Shown: positions 26,500-36,700 of the stretch, piece by piece | How the letters are laid out: each line of letters starts with the position of its first letter | Numbering within the stretch: position 1 is the stretch's first letter | Origin: a virus | Taxonomy: Duplodnaviria; Caudoviricetes | Length of the DNA stretch: 64,000 bases | IMG/VR virus record: IMGVR_UViG_3300042541_000805 | Span: 55-64,054 of that record | Direction: 5' to 3' (one strand) | Made by a program: the position numbers and the translations under genes | Notes under the pieces: generated by a model | What the model saw: only the letters and a program-made list of their open reading frames with translations | What the model was told of the DNA's origin: nothing | Database searches by the model: none

Positions 26500-26920
26500 G
26501 CCATCTACAGGTGCTGTTAGAAATGCAACAAAGGTTAGCTACGATGGTATAACATTTGACTCTAAGTTAGAGCAGTATGTGTACGCACAATTAAAATTAC
26601 ACAAAATAAAGTTTGCGTTAAAGTACAAGGTTGTTATCTTTGATAAATTTAGATACAACGATGAGTTGATTAGAGAAATAAGTTGGACTCCAGACTTTAT
26701 ACTTCCCGATCATAACATTGTACTAGAAGCAAAAGGTTATGCAAATGACCAATGGAGTTTAAAGATTAAACTAATAAAGAAATATTTCTTGGAGGTCGTT
26801 GACTTCGTATGTGTTTTAAACGGGGGTTTATTTTACGAAGGAAAACTAATCAAGCCACAGATTGTGATTTGTAAGAACCAAAGAGAAGTGTTAGCCTTTG
26901 TTTCAAGTTTGAAGGGTTAA
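26474..26920 (+). CDS. PD-(D/E)XK endonuclease (DUF1064-like)
   Basis: YDGITFDSKLE, WTPDF, VLEAKG. Confidence 0.8.
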   Translation: MSRVRKVSKPSTGAVRNATKVSYDGITFDSKLEQYVYAQLKLHKIKFALKYKVVIFDKFRYNDELIREISWTPDFILPDHNIVLEAKGYANDQWSLKIKLIKKYFLEVVDFVCVLNGGLFYEGKLIKPQIVICKNQREVLAFVSSLKG

Positions 26921-26966
26921 GCAACACCGCCCTAAGTGTGTTGTAAAGGTTATAAACAACAAAAAA

Positions 26967-27272
26967 ATGGCATTTATTGCAAACGGAAGACTTAACATAA
27001 GTCAAATTGACAAATCAAAAATCATTGAAGGCAAAAATGGTGCCCAATGGATTAACATTACAATCTCAGCAAATGATGAACCTGATCAGTATGATAACGA
27101 CATCTCGATCACCATTGCTAGATCGGAAGAAGAAAGAAAGAAGGACTCGCCTACTTTTACAAAAGCTGTGTACTTAGCTAACGCTAAAACAACTTGGAGT
27201 AATGGTGTAGCACAAAAGGCTATCAAAAAAGATAAACCTCAAGAGCCAACAGAAGACGTATTACCTTTCTAA
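26967..27272 (+). CDS. Putative single-stranded DNA-binding protein
   Basis: Small beta-rich protein with acidic EDVLPF C-terminal tail. Confidence 0.65.
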   Translation: MAFIANGRLNISQIDKSKIIEGKNGAQWINITISANDEPDQYDNDISITIARSEEERKKDSPTFTKAVYLANAKTTWSNGVAQKAIKKDKPQEPTEDVLPF

Positions 27273-27275
27273 CCC

Positions 27276-27299
27276 TAAGCCCCCTTGATTGGGGGCTTA
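27276..27299 (+). terminator. GC-rich hairpin, probable terminator
   Basis: TAAGCCCCC-ttgatt-GGGGGCTTA. Confidence 0.7.
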
Positions 27300-27318
27300 C
27301 TAATTAAACACAAAGATT

Positions 27319-27924
27319 ATGATAATTGAAGTTATAGAAAAAGATGGTGCTTACAAACAATATGTAGGTAACATCTATAGAGTATTAAAAGAAGAAGCAA
27401 GTCACTATATCGTTAACCATACGATGGGCAATAGAACATACTCTATTGGGATATTAAAAAGCCATTGTGTAGAAGTTTTTGACATTACAGGTGCAGGATT
27501 TCAAATGATTGTAGGTACAACACCTCCTAGCATTAAATTTGATATTCAATCCTCTAAAAAAATAAGAAGATTTCCTAGTGGTGCTGTTCGTTCTGATGAT
27601 ACAGGCAGACCTAGACCTGATTGGGTTTCTGCTCTAGCAATTGAAGCACTTGGAGAACACTTGGCTGGGAACGCTAATGACTTTGGTGCTACCAATTATT
27701 TAAAAGGTATTCCTGTGGATGAATGTTTAGCAAGTTTGATGAGGCACTATTGTGAATATCAGAAGACAGGAAACTTCGTAGACTTAAGGTCACTAGCATT
27801 TAACGCTGTCGCTGCATTACATACCGCCTGCTTGATTAAAGATGGTGACTATAAGGAAATATACCCCAAGACAGAGTTAGTTGATCAGGAGGCTTATTTA
27901 AAGGAGCTTGGTGGTAACATTTAA
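27319..27924 (+). CDS. dATP/dGTP diphosphohydrolase-like (DUF5664-like) domain protein
   Basis: FPSGAVRS...GRPRPD...NYLKGIP...SLMRH...AFN. Confidence 0.7.
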   Translation: MIIEVIEKDGAYKQYVGNIYRVLKEEASHYIVNHTMGNRTYSIGILKSHCVEVFDITGAGFQMIVGTTPPSIKFDIQSSKKIRRFPSGAVRSDDTGRPRPDWVSALAIEALGEHLAGNANDFGATNYLKGIPVDECLASLMRHYCEYQKTGNFVDLRSLAFNAVAALHTACLIKDGDYKEIYPKTELVDQEAYLKELGGNI

Positions 27925-28309
27925 CACCTACCATACATTTGATCTATAGGTGGAATCGACAAGATTTAACACCTGTAAATATTACAAGGCGTGTAATGTC
28001 CTGTTTTTTAACGAATTAACTGGACAAAATGCATGAAACTTTACTAAAAATTCATGCAAACATTTAACAAGCACCAAAAAAACAATTAACAAATGGTGGA
28101 ATAAGTGTTCATTAAAATTGATTGTTCAAGATTCGTGAACAAATAACACCGATAGGGTATAAAATAACTTTGTGGCTCATTTTTAATCCCTATTGGGTGC
28201 AGTTTTGAGCCGTATAGATACGCATTGATACGAATAATGAGCTTTAAAAGTTCCCAATTTGGGAACTCTAGCAATAAAAGTGCATGAAACTTTACTAAAA
28301 CTTCATGCA
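27910..28309. repeat. Array of diverse abutting inverted repeats (operator-like palindromes)
   Basis: About a dozen different palindromes of 12-38 bp; one 29-mer duplicated at 28030-28058 and 28281-28309. Confidence 0.85.
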
Positions 28310-28328
28310 AAATTTATTATATTTGCGT

Positions 28329-28481
28329 ATGGAACAAGCACTTACAATACTTGCACTCTGTGTGCTGATGATATCTACGGCAATATACCTATACCAACCT
28401 AGAATCCTTAAAATAAGGGGTAAATATGTGGTTCAGTATATAGATTCTGAAGGTAACTTTAAGTATGTAAGACTATTCTAA
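28329..28481 (+). CDS. Small membrane protein (50 aa), not in ORF track
   Basis: N-terminal TM segment; ATG 3 nt after TATATTTG 28318-28325. Confidence 0.55.
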   Translation: MEQALTILALCVLMISTAIYLYQPRILKIRGKYVVQYIDSEGNFKYVRLF

Positions 28482-28961
28482 ATCCTTATCAGACTTATAA
28501 GGGATATATTTAGTAACGCCACTAACTTTCTTAGCAACCAATACCTGTTTCCTTTGCTTACCTGTTGACTCATAAGAAACATGAACCCAAGCTGGATTAC
28601 CTTTTTCTGGGAACTCTGCGATTAATTGATCGAATGTTAAGTGGTCTTTAATATAATCGAATACCATCTTATTAGAAACGCCTGTGCCTCTACCATCCTG
28701 ATCTAAGTCAGCTGCCTCACCAGAACAATGTTGTGATGTTGCACTAGATCCCGGTGTAGCATCATTTAAAGCCTTAGAACGATACCCTGAAGAAATCCAT
28801 ATAGGTTTACCAAAATGCTCACGAACTTTATCTAGGACGTTTGTAGCTAGTAATTTTAAGCACTCTAAATGTGCAGGTGTTGGATTGTTTTTGATGCCTA
28901 ATCTTTTTGCAGTTGATGAAGGTGTTAACTCTCCTAGCGTAAAGTATTTTGATAGTTGCAT
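28473..28961 (-). CDS. Endolysin, peptidase M15A family
   Basis: ISSGYRS, SQHCSGEAAD, WVHVS. Confidence 0.92.
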   Translation of the reverse strand: MQLSKYFTLGELTPSSTAKRLGIKNNPTPAHLECLKLLATNVLDKVREHFGKPIWISSGYRSKALNDATPGSSATSQHCSGEAADLDQDGRGTGVSNKMVFDYIKDHLTFDQLIAEFPEKGNPAWVHVSYESTGKQRKQVLVAKKVSGVTKYIPYKSDKDLE

Positions 28962-28964
28962 AAA

Positions 28965-29141
28965 TTACTTTTTGCCTTTTAGAATATCGTCATTCATTAA
29001 ATAGCCAAGAGCAGCGATACCACCACTAATCACTAACATTAAAATAGTTTTAGGTGTTAATTGCTCTTCTAAAGAAATTGTACTCCACGCTGTAAGGACT
29101 GCTAATGTAGCACCCATTAATGTTGTTTTCCAGTTTTTCAT
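28965..29141 (-). CDS. Holin-like protein (58 aa), not in ORF track
   Basis: MKNWKTTLMG..., two hydrophobic segments, basic C-terminus, directly upstream of endolysin. Confidence 0.75.
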   Translation of the reverse strand: MKNWKTTLMGATLAVLTAWSTISLEEQLTPKTILMLVISGGIAALGYLMNDDILKGKK

Positions 29142-29392
29142 TATTTAATAATTTTATGGTAAAAATCTCTAGCCTTTAATATCAATGTCATAAACGCAAT
29201 CATAAAACCGATGAGAATACCCATCTTACTAATTAGATTCCAAAAAGGATTTGTATCTGCAAAAAATGATGACATTTGTATTAAGTTTATTTGATATATT
29301 GCCCATGAAGAAACACCGCTAATTATTCCTATAATCGGCTTATCTCTCAGTTCTTGAGTGAAGAAATCCATATCTTTTAAAAAGGTTGACAT
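29141..29392 (-). CDS. Small membrane protein (holin/antiholin candidate)
   Basis: Two hydrophobic segments; coupled to holin. Confidence 0.55.
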   Translation of the reverse strand: MSTFLKDMDFFTQELRDKPIIGIISGVSSWAIYQINLIQMSSFFADTNPFWNLISKMGILIGFMIAFMTLILKARDFYHKIIK

Positions 29393-29420
29393 TGATTGTT
29401 AAACATATACAAATATAATA

Positions 29421-29447
29421 AAAAAGCCACACATTTCTGCGTGGCTT
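29421..29447 (-). terminator. Intrinsic terminator
   Basis: AAGCCAC/GTGGCTT stem with U tract on minus strand, followed by a TATATTTG box for lysis genes. Confidence 0.75.
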
Positions 29448-29469
29448 AGTTGGGGTCGAGAGAGTACTA

Positions 29470-29928
29470 TTATTTATCCATTACTAAGATAAGTAAGTCC
29501 ATAAACGTAGGATATGACTCCTCAGTTTCTAGTTCTTTTAACTCATCCATAGTAATTTCTTCAAATTCAAACTCAATTTCTTTAGCTAAAAGCTCTTCCA
29601 TTTTGTTTGCAAACTCTACATACTTAGGGTTGAATTCTTTTACTTCTGCCTCTGCATCTACATACATAGGGATTGAAATAGAACCATTTTCTCCTTCAGT
29701 ACCATACTCTTTTATTAACTCTTCTCTCAACTCATCGTTTGCTTTTTTGATGGTTGATAGGGAGTTAAGTAACATTTTCAGTTTAAACTTGGCGATCATC
29801 GGCATTTTATGGCTTAACAAGCCTTTTAAAATCGACTCACCTGTCTGTTGGTTTTGTAACCCGCCAATCTCTGCCTCTAAAGACATGATTTGAGCAAGTT
29901 TTAGCGTAGCTTTCTTCTTTTGATTCAT
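29470..29928 (-). CDS. Acidic helical protein, probable tail-fibre assembly factor
   Basis: REELIKEYG...ELLAKEIE; follows tail fibres. Confidence 0.5.
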   Translation of the reverse strand: MNQKKKATLKLAQIMSLEAEIGGLQNQQTGESILKGLLSHKMPMIAKFKLKMLLNSLSTIKKANDELREELIKEYGTEGENGSISIPMYVDAEAEVKEFNPKYVEFANKMEELLAKEIEFEFEEITMDELKELETEESYPTFMDLLILVMDK

Positions 29929-29945
29929 ATAGATTTAAATTTAAA

Positions 29946-30224
29946 TTACTCTACAATAAGGACTAAGCCTTTTTCATCCGCTACAATCTCGTACAATACT
30001 GAGTTATCAGTACCCCAAGTTGCGAATTGCTCGTCAGTCATCTGTACGTTACCTTGTAATAATTGCATACCATTAGCGTCAGCTAAGTAGTAATATAATG
30101 TACAATTTACAGCTGAAGCTGAGAAGCTATTAGCTTGTACATACAATTGAGTAGCTGTTCCTAATGTCGGTACTACTACTGGTTCGATAGGCTTTAAGCC
30201 ATTTGTCATTGGTGTTGGTTCCAT
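29946..30224 (-). CDS. Tail-fibre-associated small protein
   Basis: ORF track; position after fibre gene; own -7 box 30241-30248. Confidence 0.55.
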   Translation of the reverse strand: MEPTPMTNGLKPIEPVVVPTLGTATQLYVQANSFSASAVNCTLYYYLADANGMQLLQGNVQMTDEQFATWGTDNSVLYEIVADEKGLVLIVE

Positions 30225-30263
30225 TTTTTTCTAATTTAAGCAAATATAAGTATTATTATTTAA

Positions 30264-33200
30264 TTATTTATTTTTTAGTATTTCTATTTCAGCTTGTAAC
30301 TCTTTTATAAGCACTTGTTGTTCTTTGATAGCTTCAATGAATAGACCTGCAAAGTTACCATAAGAAACGCCATATACATCAGCATCTTTAGAGTGGTGAA
30401 CTACTTCAGGAACATGAGGCTCAACTTCTTGAGCAATTACACCCATTTCTCTTTTACCTGAATCCTGATCCTTTTTAGTATATGTAACACCTCTTAGATT
30501 AGTTACCTTTTCTAAAGCATTTTCTACTACTTCAACATTCTCTTTGTTTCTGCCATCCGAGTTAGCAACAATAGCACCTGTGGCATAAATAGCACCTGCA
30601 ACCCTTAATCTATAAGTTGCATCTATTGCTGAACTCCCTATTGCTAAACAATTTGCTGTATAATCATAATACATAACCCATCTGCCACCAGTTTGGTAAT
30701 ATAAACCTCCAGATCCAGTTGAGTTAAACATCATGTGTGGTGCATTTGTTACATTGAATAATAATCCAGTATAACCACCTTTAGCACCTGTTATTTCCCA
30801 AAAACCATAACTTGATGTATTATTTGTTTTAAAATACCCATTAACACTACTTAAAACTGTTGTTAACCCATAATCTCCTACTGAAATGTAATTACTTGTA
30901 ACCCCAACACTTCCAAAAAATACAGCTGCACCAGTTTGAGAAATCCTAAACCTTTCAGTATTATTAGTAAAGAACATTAATGCACCTTGTGTAGCCGCAC
31001 CACTTTCAAATCCTCTAATTTGTATTTTAGCTGCGTTAGCTGCTGTTGTACCATATCCACCTCTTAATGTTAAACTACCAGTATCACTCGTATCACTACC
31101 ACCTAAAATATCACCAGTAGTAGTAATAATAGTTGAAGCAAATGTTGCTTTACCACTTTCAATTGATGCTATAAAATTATGTGCTGAATCAAAAAATGAA
31201 TGTTTAGCTGAATTACTAACATTATATACTTCAATAGCAGCATGAGAAATACCATACCCTCCTGTAGTTGATGATTTTATGCTCCATTCATTTGCATAAA
31301 GCCCAGACCCTCCCCCTAATATTAAGTGACAATAGTTAAATCCCTTAGCATTTAAGTATAAATTACCTCCAGCAGTAATACTTCCGTCTTCTCCAATACT
31401 AATTCCATATAGGATATTATTTGCATATGATATCCTAAACATAGTTCTTGCTTCCACATCACCAGTAGAAAATACTCCTGCTTTCCAAGTAGTTGTACTT
31501 GGAGTAGTTGCAAACGATGAATAATATTCAATATAACCTGAAGTATATACATAGTCTTTATTTATTCTAGCATAATTACCTGCGACTGTTAATATATTTG
31601 TAACATTCCAAGTGCCTGTTAAATATCCACCATACCCCGCTCCTTGGTAACAAAGAATACTCGACTCTGCGTCTTGGTCATTTATTATATAAATACCTTC
31701 ACTTGCTCTACCTATTGAAAACTGTTGAGTATATTGGGTATAGAAGGCAAGACGAACAGATGTAGTATCATTTGAATTTACAACCCATCCTGCACTTTGA
31801 CTCCAAAAAGAAGAATTATTTGCTGAGTTTTTTATTCCATAATTATCTGTAGAATTTACAAACCAACCATCTGTAGTTAAGTCACCTGATATTGTACCCC
31901 CTGATATAGGTAAAGCATAAGAGCCAATGTTACCAGAATGAATAAGTGTTGCTGTCCAATTAATATTATTGCCATTACCTCCACCAATTTGGGCATTAGC
32001 AAAGTAATAATCAACAGCAATAAAACCTTGTGTATCAGCACCTGACCAAGCCATCATAGTCCCATAAGCATTCAACCCTGATAATGCTGTTGGTACAGTA
32101 TTCCACCTCGCTGCTGATATGTTAAAAGTATTAGATGTAAGACCAAATAATGTGCTTCTAAAATTTGAAGCAGTTAATCCATCAATATACGCAGGAGCCT
32201 GAAGACTATATCTACCTAAATCGTGTGTATGACCAACTAAAGCATATCCAGATAATGCAGATGTTGTAGCATAAGCACTCGAATCAACACTACCATCTGC
32301 TTTTAAAAACTGAGCGGCTGTACCTCCTGATTTAATAAATGAACCTGCTGTAACGCTTGAGCTAAATGTTGCTGCACCTGCCCCATTAATAGTTAATCTA
32401 TCTAAACTTGCAGTTTGTAAAATTAACGCTCTTGCTGAACTATCGTGACCTATATATAATGCTGAGTCATTTATATTAAAACTTGAAGTATATCCACTTG
32501 TAGAATTCCCTTTAAATTCGAAAGTTGCTGCACTTCCTGCTTTTATTGTTAATGCTGTAGTATTATTTGCTGAAGTTACTCTCGCTGTCCCGTTTACATC
32601 TAACTTAAAGTCTGCGTCTGTAGTTGTGCCAATTAAAACATTACCGCTTGAAGCAATACGCATTCTTTCTGTAGCAGACCCATTTGTGTAAAATCTAATA
32701 TTCTTGCTTGTTTCTGCATATAATGCTAAATCCGAAGATGTATCGCCTAATGCAGCACCACTACCTCCAAAGAATCCCGAAGAAACACCATTCTGTTTAA
32801 CTGCATAATAAGCCCCACCTGTTGTACTTGATGTATCTAATGATATACCTGTATAACTACCTGAACCAACTATTGTTAGTTTATCAGTAGGATTTGTAGT
32901 TCCAATACCTACATTACCATTACCTTTTATTGCTAATTTAGTAGACCATCCTGCCCCACCGTAATGAGTTTGAAAAGAAAAATCTACATTATTAGCACTA
33001 GTCCAACTCCCAGCTCTAAAGGTCATTCCTGTAGAAGCATCGTATGTATTTGTTATATAATTATAATAATTACCATCATCATAAGCCCAAGCTAAATTTT
33101 CTTGATTACCAAGTTGTACAGTTCCTTCAACGTGTAGCTTTTGCTCAGGACTTGAAGTACCAATACCAACTTTACCATTAGTAGCAATAAACATAGCATT

Positions 33201-33731
33201 GGCTATACTATTAGGATGGAATGCAATTGCCCCATTGCTATTAAAAATATTTAATGCTAAAGTCCCTCCATATGAAGAGTATCCTGTCCCTGATTTAAAT
33301 ATTTCTCCAGTTCCGCTATTTGAATATAATACTAAATCTGAATATTCTGTATTTCCTGAGCCTCCAACATAAACAACAGTAGCAGTACTTGAAGGACTAT
33401 AAAATCTGGCAGCAATTGTAGTAGCTCCACTATCAACATCTAATTTATATGCAGGAGTAGCAGTACCAACACCAAGTCTACCCGCTATAATGCCATATCC
33501 AGCTGTAGGCAATGTACCACCATACCCAACTGACAATCCCCCATTACTTGCTAATACACCATCTCCAAGCCAAATTGATTTTTGATTTAAAGACCTTATA
33601 TAAGTGCCATCTTGCATAAACCATCCGCCACCCCAATCACTAAAAGTTAGTGGGTTGTTTCCAGCAATGTTAATGTCATCTCCTGAATTAATTGTTGAAG
33701 CTGTATTTAGGCTTGATATTTTTACTGACAT
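30264..33731 (-). CDS. Tail fibre with C-terminal intramolecular chaperone (peptidase S74)
   Basis: GNVGIGT repeats; SDGRNKENV...LRGVTY...GVIAQEVE...IEAIKEQ plus coiled coil. Confidence 0.92.
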   Translation of the reverse strand: MSVKISSLNTASTINSGDDINIAGNNPLTFSDWGGGWFMQDGTYIRSLNQKSIWLGDGVLASNGGLSVGYGGTLPTAGYGIIAGRLGVGTATPAYKLDVDSGATTIAARFYSPSSTATVVYVGGSGNTEYSDLVLYSNSGTGEIFKSGTGYSSYGGTLALNIFNSNGAIAFHPNSIANAMFIATNGKVGIGTSSPEQKLHVEGTVQLGNQENLAWAYDDGNYYNYITNTYDASTGMTFRAGSWTSANNVDFSFQTHYGGAGWSTKLAIKGNGNVGIGTTNPTDKLTIVGSGSYTGISLDTSSTTGGAYYAVKQNGVSSGFFGGSGAALGDTSSDLALYAETSKNIRFYTNGSATERMRIASSGNVLIGTTTDADFKLDVNGTARVTSANNTTALTIKAGSAATFEFKGNSTSGYTSSFNINDSALYIGHDSSARALILQTASLDRLTINGAGAATFSSSVTAGSFIKSGGTAAQFLKADGSVDSSAYATTSALSGYALVGHTHDLGRYSLQAPAYIDGLTASNFRSTLFGLTSNTFNISAARWNTVPTALSGLNAYGTMMAWSGADTQGFIAVDYYFANAQIGGGNGNNINWTATLIHSGNIGSYALPISGGTISGDLTTDGWFVNSTDNYGIKNSANNSSFWSQSAGWVVNSNDTTSVRLAFYTQYTQQFSIGRASEGIYIINDQDAESSILCYQGAGYGGYLTGTWNVTNILTVAGNYARINKDYVYTSGYIEYYSSFATTPSTTTWKAGVFSTGDVEARTMFRISYANNILYGISIGEDGSITAGGNLYLNAKGFNYCHLILGGGSGLYANEWSIKSSTTGGYGISHAAIEVYNVSNSAKHSFFDSAHNFIASIESGKATFASTIITTTGDILGGSDTSDTGSLTLRGGYGTTAANAAKIQIRGFESGAATQGALMFFTNNTERFRISQTGAAVFFGSVGVTSNYISVGDYGLTTVLSSVNGYFKTNNTSSYGFWEITGAKGGYTGLLFNVTNAPHMMFNSTGSGGLYYQTGGRWVMYYDYTANCLAIGSSAIDATYRLRVAGAIYATGAIVANSDGRNKENVEVVENALEKVTNLRGVTYTKKDQDSGKREMGVIAQEVEPHVPEVVHHSKDADVYGVSYGNFAGLFIEAIKEQQVLIKELQAEIEILKNK

Positions 33732-33732
33732 A

Positions 33733-36700
33733 TTATAATAATTTTTTAAATGTTAATTGATAGTTTGATGCTGCTGAGTTTGTTCCGTTTCCGCTTATCT
33801 GTAAATATGTTTTACCATCCGCACTAACTGTGTTTAATGTTCTTAAATAAATATATCTTCCATTGTCAGCGTGACCTGTGTGGTGTAATACAATTTCGTT
33901 TGCATCTGATCCGTTTGTTGCACCTGCAAAGAAATACATAAGTCCTGTGTAGGTACAATTATATTGTAACCCACCTACTCCAAAGTCATTAGCGTTGCAA
34001 GTTACAAGGTAAACCCCTGTGCCTAAGTTAGCACTACTTACGCCTGTATTCTGCCATGTAGGAGATAAAGTTACACTTGCTGTATAACTGAATGTGCTAC
34101 TTGTTGATGTAAGGTATACATTTGAATCCAATGAGCCATCAGCTTTTAAGAATTGTGCTGAAGTACCACCGGGTACTATGAAGTTGGTAGCGGTAACTGA
34201 AGATGAGAATGTTGCTGCACCTGTACCTAAAAACATTAAAGCATTTACAGGCGTTCCGTTTGTTCTTGTTCTTATGTATAATCTTCCCGAACCAGCAGAA
34301 TCATATTTGCTATCAATATAAGAATATCCAGTAGCATTATCAAAATACATATTCATACCAAAATTGGTAGATGCTAAAATTGATATTCCACTATTGTTAT
34401 CAACAGTTAATTTACCACTCACTCTCGCAGTTCCGTTTACATCTAACTTGTAGCTTGAATTTGTGGTGGTTCCAATTAAAACATTCCCACCTCCCGATTG
34501 TAAAACTAAATTTCCCCACGCAACCGCTGGTTTTATAGAATTTATTACTCCATAATTTCCACTTTCGCTATATCCTATTCTTACCCCATATCCATTTGTA
34601 CCGCTTCCAAATATTGCTTGTTGGCTATCAGTATCTTCGTTTGTGTATGTTGGTAAAACAACTTGTAATTTGCCTAAAGGACTTGTTATTCCTATACCTA
34701 ATCGACCACTTGCATCCAAAGTCATAGCTTGAACCCAAGTTAATGCAGCGTTTGCAGTTCCACTTACAGCATAATACCATCTGTGTTGCCCCGCAGTCAT
34801 TCCATATCTTGTAGCAGTTCCAGTTGCGTAATATTTTGAAGCACCATCATAATAGGCGTTTTGCCAAAGTTGTAATTCTCCTGCTGCACCTATTAAACTA
34901 CCACCTACTGTTTGTAAAGCCTTAAATCCACTCCAAGCACTTGGTGTAACACCTAAACCTAATTGACCATTTGCATCTAATCTCATATTAGTAGCAAAAG
35001 TTATTGCTCCGTTTGCCGTACCGCTTGGTGCAGTATCCCAAATATGAGAACCTTGACTTTGAGTATATCTTGATGCAAGTAAGCCAGTATTTTTATATAA
35101 AGGATTGCCAGCAGAATTAAAATAAGAGTTTAATCCAATAAATATTGAGTTAAAACTACTCGTTGCTTTTTCACTCCACAAAATACCATTAGCACCTATT
35201 TCTAAAGAAAGAGAAGGTGTATAAGAGTTTACTGGAGTTATTCCTAAACCTAAATTACCAATAGTATCATTAACTAAATTTGAGTTCCCTAAAGCAGTTG
35301 AGCCTGTAAACTTTGGTAAATTATTAGTTGAGCCTGTTCCTGTAATAGGATTTGTTAAAGCGTTTTGCTTGTTATTAAAAGTTGTCCAATCAGCCGAACT
35401 TAAAGCACCTCTATTTGTTGCCGAAGCCGTAGGTAAGTTAAAAGTATGAGTAGAAGAAGCAGAAGAAATTCCGAAGTCAGTTCCACTTGTACCTACTGCA
35501 AATGTTTGTGTTAAAGCCGTTAATCCGTTTAAAGATGTTATACCTGTATCGGTATCAGCATAGTTAGGAATGTTTAAAGTTGATCCTACTAATGTAGCAG
35601 CACCTGAAGTTCCTATTGTTGTTAATGTTATTGTAGTTTGATAGGTATTTGAATCTACACTACCATCTGCTTTTAAGAATTGTGAAGATGTACCGCCACT
35701 TTTAATAAGTGAACTTGCTGTTACCGAAGAAGAAAATGTTGCTGCACCACCAGTTGCTATTGTTAATTGTGGAGTTCCGTTTTCAGCAATTCTAATAGCA
35801 GTTCCAGTTAGTCTATCTAATAATGTACCACCAGAATAACCTAATGAAAATAAAATACTACCAGCACTATCAAGTCTAAATCCACTTGAAGAATTTGTAG
35901 TTACCGCACCTACTATTCTTGCAGTTCCATTAACATCAAGTTTAAAACCTGCGTCTGTAGTTGTGCCGATTAGAAGGTTACCATTCATATAATTAGCGGC
36001 AGTACCACCCATATATAAATTCCAGTCCCCAGTTCCACTTGCAATATTACTAAAAAATCCATATTGTCTTGTAACCGCAGAACCCGCACCTATTGCTACA
36101 TCATTTGCATAAAAGTGATATAAGTCTGGTAATGTAAATGCAGCAGCAGCAGTTGAAGGATTACTTCTATAACCAAACATCGAAGTAGTTACACCACTTG
36201 AAATCGTAACAAATTGGTCAATACCATAAGCAGTAGTACCACCCGTAATATTTCCCTCAATACTTATTTTACGATTTAATGGTAATGCAGTTCCACCAAT
36301 TAATACATTCCCATTAAAATAAGCTAACCCAGTATGTCCATTAATTTCGAACATAGTGGTAGCATCACTTCTTGTTAATTTTATATCAGCACTATTACTA
36401 GCATTATTATTTACTTGAAAGTATGAATCTGTATCATATCCAAAAGCTCTAAATGTTGGAGCAGTTATTGAACCAGATGCTGCTTTTGAACGAACATCTA
36501 AAGTTGCAGTAGGCGTAATAGCCCCTATAACAACATTACCAGTCGCATCAACACGCATTCTTTCACTACCACCAGTATAAGTAATAAGAGTATTTGTTGC
36601 TAAAATATAAGAGCTTGTTGCTTGTTGATAAAGCTCAAGAGAAGCACCTCCTGTATCTCTTACTCGTATAGATGTATCTGTTGTTCCAACAACGTCTAGT

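Noticed and set aside
26921-26944. Hairpin GCAACAC/GTGTTGT upstream of the SSB-like gene as an autoregulatory element
   Set aside because: A single 7-bp stem is not distinguishable from chance without homologs.
27910-28309. CRISPR or mini-CRISPR array
   Set aside because: Only one unit is repeated, the copies are 251 bp apart, there is no repeat-spacer periodicity and no cas gene.
28086-28310. 74-aa minus-strand ORF
   Set aside because: Non-ATG start, atypical composition, runs across the palindrome array; probably spurious.
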